Shown: in pieces, positions 59,221 through 64,000 of the stretch | How the letters are laid out: each line of letters starts with the position of its first letter | How positions within the stretch are numbered: the first letter of the stretch is position 1 | From: a virus | Length of the DNA: 64,000 nucleotides | Direction: 5' to 3' (one strand) | Virus record (IMG/VR): IMGVR_UViG_3300045988_100041 | Made by a program: the position numbers and the translations under genes | The notes under the pieces: model-generated | What the model was told of the DNA's origin: nothing | What the model saw: the letters and a program-made list of their open reading frames with translations, nothing else | The model's database searches: none

Positions 59221-59879
59221 GTTATTTCGAGAAATACGACGAGATGTTTTCGGAGCCGTCAAAAGCCGAGCAGATCATTGAGGACGCAAAGGCTGCGCTC
59301 TGGAATGAGCTGACCGAGGAAGTCAAGCAGCTGATGGACGATGCCAACGAGGCAAGTACGAAGGCCAATAAGCTCATAGCAGAGATATCCAGCCTTAATT
59401 TTGAGAAAACGGAGCTGGAAAAAGAAATCAAGCAGCTTCGTGAGCAGAAGGTCTATGTCGAAACGCACGAGGTTCCTGCAAGGCAGGTCAAGGCAATCGT
59501 TAACCATCTGACGAAGGACTTCCGCCCCGGCGATGAGTGCTGGGTGATCGGTGCGGAATACGAACGGCATACTTGCGAGAAGTGCGGCGGAAGCGAGAAA
59601 GTGTCTGCTGTCATTGGCGGGGAGACGTTTGAAATTGACTGTCCCACGTGCAGAGGCTACGGAACAGTTTCAAAATCAACGTATTTCCCCAAAAAGTCAA
59701 AAGTCACGGAAGTCAGGATGTTACTCTGCTTCAATTCTAACAACCGCATGAATGAATGGAGTATGGAAACGTTGAGAGTTGACAGTCGCGATGACTGTAG
59801 CAGAGCGGGTTCCGTATTCAAGACGGAAGAAGAGGCAAAAGCGGCGATCAAAGAAAGGTACGGGGACGAAAATGGATGA
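59217..59879 (+). CDS. Coiled-coil protein with DnaJ-type CxxCxGxG zinc finger
   Basis: CEKCGGSEKV...CPTCRGYGTV; N-terminal coiled coil. Confidence 0.55.
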   Translation: MSYFEKYDEMFSEPSKAEQIIEDAKAALWNELTEEVKQLMDDANEASTKANKLIAEISSLNFEKTELEKEIKQLREQKVYVETHEVPARQVKAIVNHLTKDFRPGDECWVIGAEYERHTCEKCGGSEKVSAVIGGETFEIDCPTCRGYGTVSKSTYFPKKSKVTEVRMLLCFNSNNRMNEWSMETLRVDSRDDCSRAGSVFKTEEEAKAAIKERYGDENG

Positions 59880-60102
59880 TTTTCTGAGATTCTTCGACAA
59901 AGTAAGGTCGCGGATACCGATGCACATCGAAATTGGCTATAGCAGTGTCGTGGACTGGATGATCGTGATTTATGAAGGCCGGTCCTATGCGGAAAGCCAA
60001 AAGGAAATCGTCAACGTGCAAAACTGCGATATGGAGCTGTGCTTTGCAATGGCACAGGTTGAGCTTAAAGAATGGCTGCTGAAAGAATGTGGAGGGTATT
60101 GA
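59872..60102 (+). CDS. Hypothetical small protein
   Basis: 76 aa from ATG 59872, which overlaps the upstream stop. Confidence 0.45.
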   Translation: MDDFLRFFDKVRSRIPMHIEIGYSSVVDWMIVIYEGRSYAESQKEIVNVQNCDMELCFAMAQVELKEWLLKECGGY

Positions 60103-60105
60103 GCT

Positions 60106-60321
60106 ATGAGCTGTGTAAAGAAGGTCAGAGACGTTGACCCAGCCTGCGCGATTGTCGAGGTCACGGATAAAGAAGCGTTTGAGAAATCCGTTGTTTATCA
60201 CGGCACATTCAAATCTCAGACGTTCAAAACTGAAATCACGCTCGGAGAGGACGAAGCTTGGAGTGAAATTCAAGCCATGGATGCGAAAGGTAGAACGGAG
60301 GATAGCAATGGCAAAAGTTAA
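60106..60321 (+). CDS. Hypothetical small protein
   Basis: 71-aa ORF. Confidence 0.45.
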   Translation: MSCVKKVRDVDPACAIVEVTDKEAFEKSVVYHGTFKSQTFKTEITLGEDEAWSEIQAMDAKGRTEDSNGKS

Positions 60322-60451
60322 GTACATCAAGCTTTCCGACACGCTTGAAATGCTACAAAAACTGGATACGGCTGGTCACAATTCTTCTCCGCAATGGTCA
60401 TTTTCAAGTGACGGGGTGCAGCTATGGAGAGCTTACGAGCGACACAGATGA
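60308..60451 (+). CDS. Hypothetical 47-aa protein
   Basis: ATG 60308 follows GGAGG. Translation begins MAKVKYIKLSDTLEMLQKLDTAGH... Confidence 0.35.
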   Translation: MAKVKYIKLSDTLEMLQKLDTAGHNSSPQWSFSSDGVQLWRAYERHR

Positions 60452-61026
60452 TTGGCGGGAATGGTGAACAAGATCGACGCCCGACAGATCTTTATCCTAC
60501 CCCGCCAGATGTCACAGAAGCGCTTTTACGGTTCCTAGATATTCCGTCATTTTTCCGTGTTTGGGACCCTGCAGCTGGTGAAGGTGATATGGCGAGGCAA
60601 ATTGCAATGCATGGTCACACGGTCTATGAGTCTGACATTATGACAGGAACCGATTTCTTAACCGTCGATGGTCCACCTAACGCAGAACTATGGCTGCCGT
60701 GTGACTGGATTATTACAAATCCGCCGTTTGCGCTTTCGGAGCAGTTTATTCGCCACGCAAATGAACTTAGGCATCCGTTCGCTATGCTGTTGAAATCGCA
60801 GTATTGGCACGCATCAAAAAGGCTGAGATTGTTCCGAGAGATACGACCGGATTATGTGCTGCCGCTTACATGGAGACCGAACTTCTACTTCAAGGAAGAA
60901 CACGGAGGCGCACCACTTATGGATGTGATGTGGTGTGTGTGGAGTGCAGAAAACGGGCGGAAATCGCATCAACCTACAATTTTTAAACCGTTGGAGAGAC
61001 CTAAAATGCGAGAGGAGAATCCATGA
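60424..61026 (+). CDS. Orphan N6-adenine-type DNA methyltransferase-like protein
   Basis: YPTPP, motif I-like VWDPAAGEGDM, and motif IV-like ITNPPF. No cognate nuclease is visible. ATG 60448 is an alternative start. Confidence 0.65.
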   Translation: MESLRATQMIGGNGEQDRRPTDLYPTPPDVTEALLRFLDIPSFFRVWDPAAGEGDMARQIAMHGHTVYESDIMTGTDFLTVDGPPNAELWLPCDWIITNPPFALSEQFIRHANELRHPFAMLLKSQYWHASKRLRLFREIRPDYVLPLTWRPNFYFKEEHGGAPLMDVMWCVWSAENGRKSHQPTIFKPLERPKMREENP

Positions 61027-61286
61027 AACAATACTGCCGCTACTGCGTAAATGCTTATCTTCAAGGTGATGACATGATTTGGTGCAAGCCAAAAGACGAA
61101 ATTCGAACTGACCGTCAGATAACGCGGCTGAACCGCTGCCCACACTTCGAATTTTGCTCGATAGACGTTCTTAACCCAGAACGGGAGTACAGGCCGGTTG
61201 AGAAACGGAGGGCGGCGCAGAAAAAGGAACCGGACATGGAGCAAACCACTATGTTCGGCGGCTTGGAATGGGAGAAAAGAAAATGA
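61023..61286 (+). CDS. Small Cys-containing protein
   Basis: 87 aa. CRYC...C...CPHFEFC. Confidence 0.5.
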   Translation: MKQYCRYCVNAYLQGDDMIWCKPKDEIRTDRQITRLNRCPHFEFCSIDVLNPEREYRPVEKRRAAQKKEPDMEQTTMFGGLEWEKRK

Positions 61287-61774
61287 GTAAACCAAAATAC
61301 ATGAAAGGCGATTGCATTCGGTCGCTGGACGATTTGGTTCTGCAAGAAAACATCTATTGGAACGGGAGAATTTGGAATCGAAAGTGGTTCATGAACCTTC
61401 AGATTCAAATGCTTCTGTCTCTAATCAAGCACAAGGCACTACAGTACGCTGTGAGGCGGGACGGCATCACAACGGGAGAGTTTGTCGAGCCGGTGTTATG
61501 GCATAAACTCAACGAACGCCCACTGACGGATGCGGAAAAATCTGAATTTTCCGAGCATGGCTATTCGGATTTTGAAATCCCAGAGTATATGTTCGACTGC
61601 CCTATGCCTGATGATGAGCAGGAAATCCTAGTCGCAACCGAGTGGGGAGTGGACAAGGATGTGTGCTGTGCCGATACCGACGATTGGGGAAACCATTCGT
61701 TTGGATTGGAGGGACGCGGAGATTGGGACGACGTGATCGCGTGGGCGGAAATGCCGAAGTACGATTCTGAGTGA
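61283..61774 (+). CDS. DUF551-like protein, paralog of 1710..1994
   Basis: ATGA overlap with the upstream stop. EYMFDCPMPDDEQEILVATEWGVDKDVCC...GRGDWDDVIAWAEMP. Confidence 0.6.
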   Translation: MSKPKYMKGDCIRSLDDLVLQENIYWNGRIWNRKWFMNLQIQMLLSLIKHKALQYAVRRDGITTGEFVEPVLWHKLNERPLTDAEKSEFSEHGYSDFEIPEYMFDCPMPDDEQEILVATEWGVDKDVCCADTDDWGNHSFGLEGRGDWDDVIAWAEMPKYDSE

Positions 61775-62238
61775 CGGAAATTCCAGCGCGAATGGTGCCG
61801 CCCGATTATCACTGGGAAAAAGTTCAACGAATTTTGGAAGGAGACGACATGACAGACAAGGAAATTATACAGGTACTGCGTATCTGCGCGACGCATATAG
61901 AGAAGGGTTGCGGGCTTTGCCCACAAATGAAGTATGTGCGTTGCACGGAGCGGCTGGCGGATGAAGCTATCACCATGATCGAGCGCCTGACCGCCGAGAA
62001 TGCGGCGCTGCGGGAGAAAGTGCCGCAGTGGGTCAGCGTAGATGACAGGCACCCAAAGCCTGGGACGCGCGTTCTTGCTACGGACGGCGTATTTGTTGGA
62101 GAAGCATACCGAACAAGCGCTGATACGTGGCGCAGATATGATGGCATTGCAATGCGGGACTGCATCGGCAGCGTAGTCACCCACTGGATGCCGCTGCCGG
62201 AAGCGCCGGAAACGCCGGAGGGAGGAGAAAAGGCATGA
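61771..62238 (+). CDS. Protein with C-terminal DUF551-like domain
   Basis: WVSVDDRHPKPGTRVLATDGVFVGEAYR...VTHWMPLPEAP. GTG start listed; internal ATGs are possible. Confidence 0.5.
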   Translation: MTEIPARMVPPDYHWEKVQRILEGDDMTDKEIIQVLRICATHIEKGCGLCPQMKYVRCTERLADEAITMIERLTAENAALREKVPQWVSVDDRHPKPGTRVLATDGVFVGEAYRTSADTWRRYDGIAMRDCIGSVVTHWMPLPEAPETPEGGEKA

Positions 62239-62495
62239 GCAAAATCAAAAAGGTAGGATTTGGGTATACGGTGCCGAAAGAACGGTACCAGGAAGCCGCG
62301 GAGAATATCCAAAAGCTTGGCGCTATGTACGCAGAGTACCTGCAGAAGAAAAATTTCGATGGGCTTGGAGAGCAAGATGCGCAAGAGCTCATGGCCGACA
62401 TCCTGCTTGCCTGCACTGCGCTGCTCTATGTCGCAGAATTTGCGGCAGATAAATGCCATATGGTGCCGCTGCCGGGAAAGGATGGAAAAGCATGA
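62235..62495 (+). CDS. Hypothetical small protein
   Basis: 86 aa; ATGA coupling on both sides. Confidence 0.45.
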   Translation: MSKIKKVGFGYTVPKERYQEAAENIQKLGAMYAEYLQKKNFDGLGEQDAQELMADILLACTALLYVAEFAADKCHMVPLPGKDGKA

Positions 62496-62773
62496 AGATT
62501 TACATCGCCGGTAAAATCACGGGCGATCAGGGGTGTCAGGCGAAATTTCAAAGGGCGGCAGTGGGGTTGCGGATGTGTGGGAACATCGTGCTGAATCCGG
62601 CGGAGCTGCCGGAGGGGATGGAGGCTGCGGACTATATGCGCATTTGTATGGCGATGATCGACGTAGCGGACTTGGCCGTTTTCCTGCCAGACGCGAAGGA
62701 CAGCGCAGGCGCGCGCCTCGAGAAAGCATATTGTGAATACGTCGGGAAGGAGTATGTGACATGGAACGACTGA
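62492..62773 (+). CDS. DUF4406-like (nucleoside 2-deoxyribosyltransferase-like) protein
   Basis: MKIYIAGKITGD... N-terminus and the ~93-aa size match what I recall for DUF4406. Confidence 0.55.
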   Translation: MKIYIAGKITGDQGCQAKFQRAAVGLRMCGNIVLNPAELPEGMEAADYMRICMAMIDVADLAVFLPDAKDSAGARLEKAYCEYVGKEYVTWND

Positions 62774-63240
62774 CTTATTTCAAAGACGGATACTGGCGAG
62801 TAAATTTCAGCGGAGTGCAGTACCAGGCGGATTTTGTTGATCGACTTGCGGCCTATGAGGACACGGGGCTGTACCCGGAAAGCGTAGAGGCACTCAAACT
62901 GTCCATGATGGGCAAGGCAATTTCGGAGATCACGGAATTCGACGGTTTGCCGATTGACCGCCTCCGCGAGCTTGCCGAGGCCGACAAGGACGGGCGCGTC
63001 GTGGTGCTGCCGTGCAAAGTGGGCGATACGGTTTATTTCGTAAACAAGCAGATTCTCGAATTTGCGGTGGTAGGGTACGCGGTGGACGAAACAGGTATCT
63101 CATGGGTTCACAGTGAGCACGTCGATAAAATAGGGAATACGAATGAGCGCACGTTTAGCCCGGATAGATTCGGAAAGACCACATTTTTGAGCCGCGAAGA
63201 AGCCGAGAAGGCTTTGCAGGAAATGGAGGGCAAGGGATGA
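62761..63240 (+). CDS. Hypothetical protein
   Basis: 159-aa ORF. Confidence 0.5.
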   Translation: MERLTYFKDGYWRVNFSGVQYQADFVDRLAAYEDTGLYPESVEALKLSMMGKAISEITEFDGLPIDRLRELAEADKDGRVVVLPCKVGDTVYFVNKQILEFAVVGYAVDETGISWVHSEHVDKIGNTNERTFSPDRFGKTTFLSREEAEKALQEMEGKG

Positions 63241-63404
63241 CGGGAACTATGGAAATTCGCCCTTGCGGTGGAGACTGGAAGTGCTGCGCTGGGGCTTGCA
63301 GCGAGTGCCCAGCCAAGAAAACGTATACGCTGACAACATCGACGGAGAACAAACCGACGTGGATAACGGATGGCAAGAATGATGGCAACGAAACGAGTAT
63401 GTGA
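63237..63404 (+). CDS. Hypothetical 55-aa Cys-rich protein
   Basis: ATGA overlap with the upstream stop. Translation begins MTGTMEIRPCGGDWKCCAGACSECPAKK... Confidence 0.3.
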   Translation: MTGTMEIRPCGGDWKCCAGACSECPAKKTYTLTTSTENKPTWITDGKNDGNETSM

Positions 63405-63567
63405 CCGCTGCGGGGCGGAGATAAACCCCGTGAGTTCTGCGACGTATGTAAACGTGCGAAGCGCGTTCCATGAAGAATCACCTGATATTGAGCTTTGCTG
63501 TTCGTGCGCGATGCAAATCAAAGAATGGCTTAAGTCGCGTGTAGAGGAGGGCAAGAAGGATGGCTGA
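63370..63567 (+). CDS. Small Zn-ribbon protein
   Basis: CDRCG...CCSC. The start is ambiguous (63370 / 63379 / 63382). Confidence 0.4.
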   Translation: MARMMATKRVCDRCGAEINPVSSATYVNVRSAFHEESPDIELCCSCAMQIKEWLKSRVEEGKKDG

Positions 63568-63841
63568 ACTGAAACCGTGCCCGTTCTGTGGCGGTGAAGT
63601 TAGTCTTGTTCCGTGCGATGACGAAGGGAATCTACATGATGAGGCATATAGAGAACATCCATATAGTGGACTTGGCTTTATGCTTCACCATGCTCACGAG
63701 GACAACCCGGAATGCCCGATTGCAAGCTATGAGTGCGATGGCGGGATTTTAGGTGGTGTGTATATTTATGACACAGAAGAACAAGCCACTGAAGCATGGA
63801 ACAAGAGGGATGAAAATTATGATGAAGGTGCATTTTGGTAA
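63560..63841 (+). CDS. Lar-family-like (restriction alleviation) protein
   Basis: The N-terminal LKPCPFCGGEV motif is typical of Lar-like proteins (from memory). Confidence 0.5.
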   Translation: MAELKPCPFCGGEVSLVPCDDEGNLHDEAYREHPYSGLGFMLHHAHEDNPECPIASYECDGGILGGVYIYDTEEQATEAWNKRDENYDEGAFW

Positions 63842-63894
63842 TACGGCAAGTTGATATGTGTCAACTATTGAGGCATGGAACAGGAGGGTAAATG

Positions 63895-64000
63895 ATGGCT
63901 GATTATATCCGGCGCGAGGATGCGCTATTTGCGATACGGAAAGCAGAACGCGGTGGAAGCATGACGGCACTAACACGGTTGGAACGCGCATATGCCGAAA
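63895..64000 (+). CDS. 5' fragment of a hypothetical gene
   Basis: ATG 63895 follows AGGAGGG. Open to the window edge (MADYIRREDALFAIRKAERGG...). Confidence 0.4.
   Translation, partial: MADYIRREDALFAIRKAERGGSMTALTRLERAYAE

Noticed and set aside
1-64000. CRISPR arrays, reverse transcriptase / DGR / retron, transposase or IS elements, rRNA
   Set aside because: No regular repeat-spacer array was seen, and no ORF has RT (YxDD) or DDE/HUH transposase motifs. The only recombinase is the tyrosine integrase at 42401..43501.

Overview
GC-rich window (roughly 55-60% by eye) that reads as phage DNA throughout; I saw no bacterial housekeeping genes. Layout: (i) + strand, 1-5.1 kb: end of an early gene block (ThyX-like, ASCH, DUF551-like, small Zn-ribbon proteins). 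(ii) + strand, 5.1-37.4 kb: late operon opened by a consensus promoter plus a leader terminator. It encodes terminase, portal, scaffold and capsid, fibre / Ig-like / CBM-like proteins, major tail, a 1670-aa tape measure, distal tail proteins, holins and an amidase endolysin. (iii) A bidirectional terminator at about 37.46 kb. (iv) - strand, 54.8 down to 37.5 kb: about 35 mostly small genes (RHH, ArdC-N-like, acidic proteins, DUF3560-like, ORF6N antirepressor, tyrosine integrase). This array runs through a 2-kb RNA island into an HU / MazF-like / cysteine desulfurase operon. The island holds tRNA-Met, two tRNA-Gly(UCC), two tRNA-like minihelix RNAs, a duplicated ~120-nt structured element and ~750 nt of unexplained non-coding sequence. 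The array is interrupted by one AT-rich + strand gene, a PD-(D/E)xK nuclease-HIRAN fusion. (v) A divergent switch at 54.9-55.0 kb with three GGTTAACC operators. (vi) + strand, 55.0-64.0 kb: early genes (sigma-70-like, YopX, N6-MTase-like, DUF551, DUF4406, Lar-like). The gene flow fits one circularly permuted temperate siphovirus-like genome of a Clostridia-type host; tandem related prophages are the alternative. Most worth following up: the RNA island, a 12-copy non-canonical promoter family on the leftward array, the AT-rich nuclease-HIRAN gene, the MazF-like / cysteine desulfurase pair downstream of the tRNAs, and an in-frame TAG followed by a start-less 61-codon extension. All protein calls come from motif recognition by eye; no searches were run.
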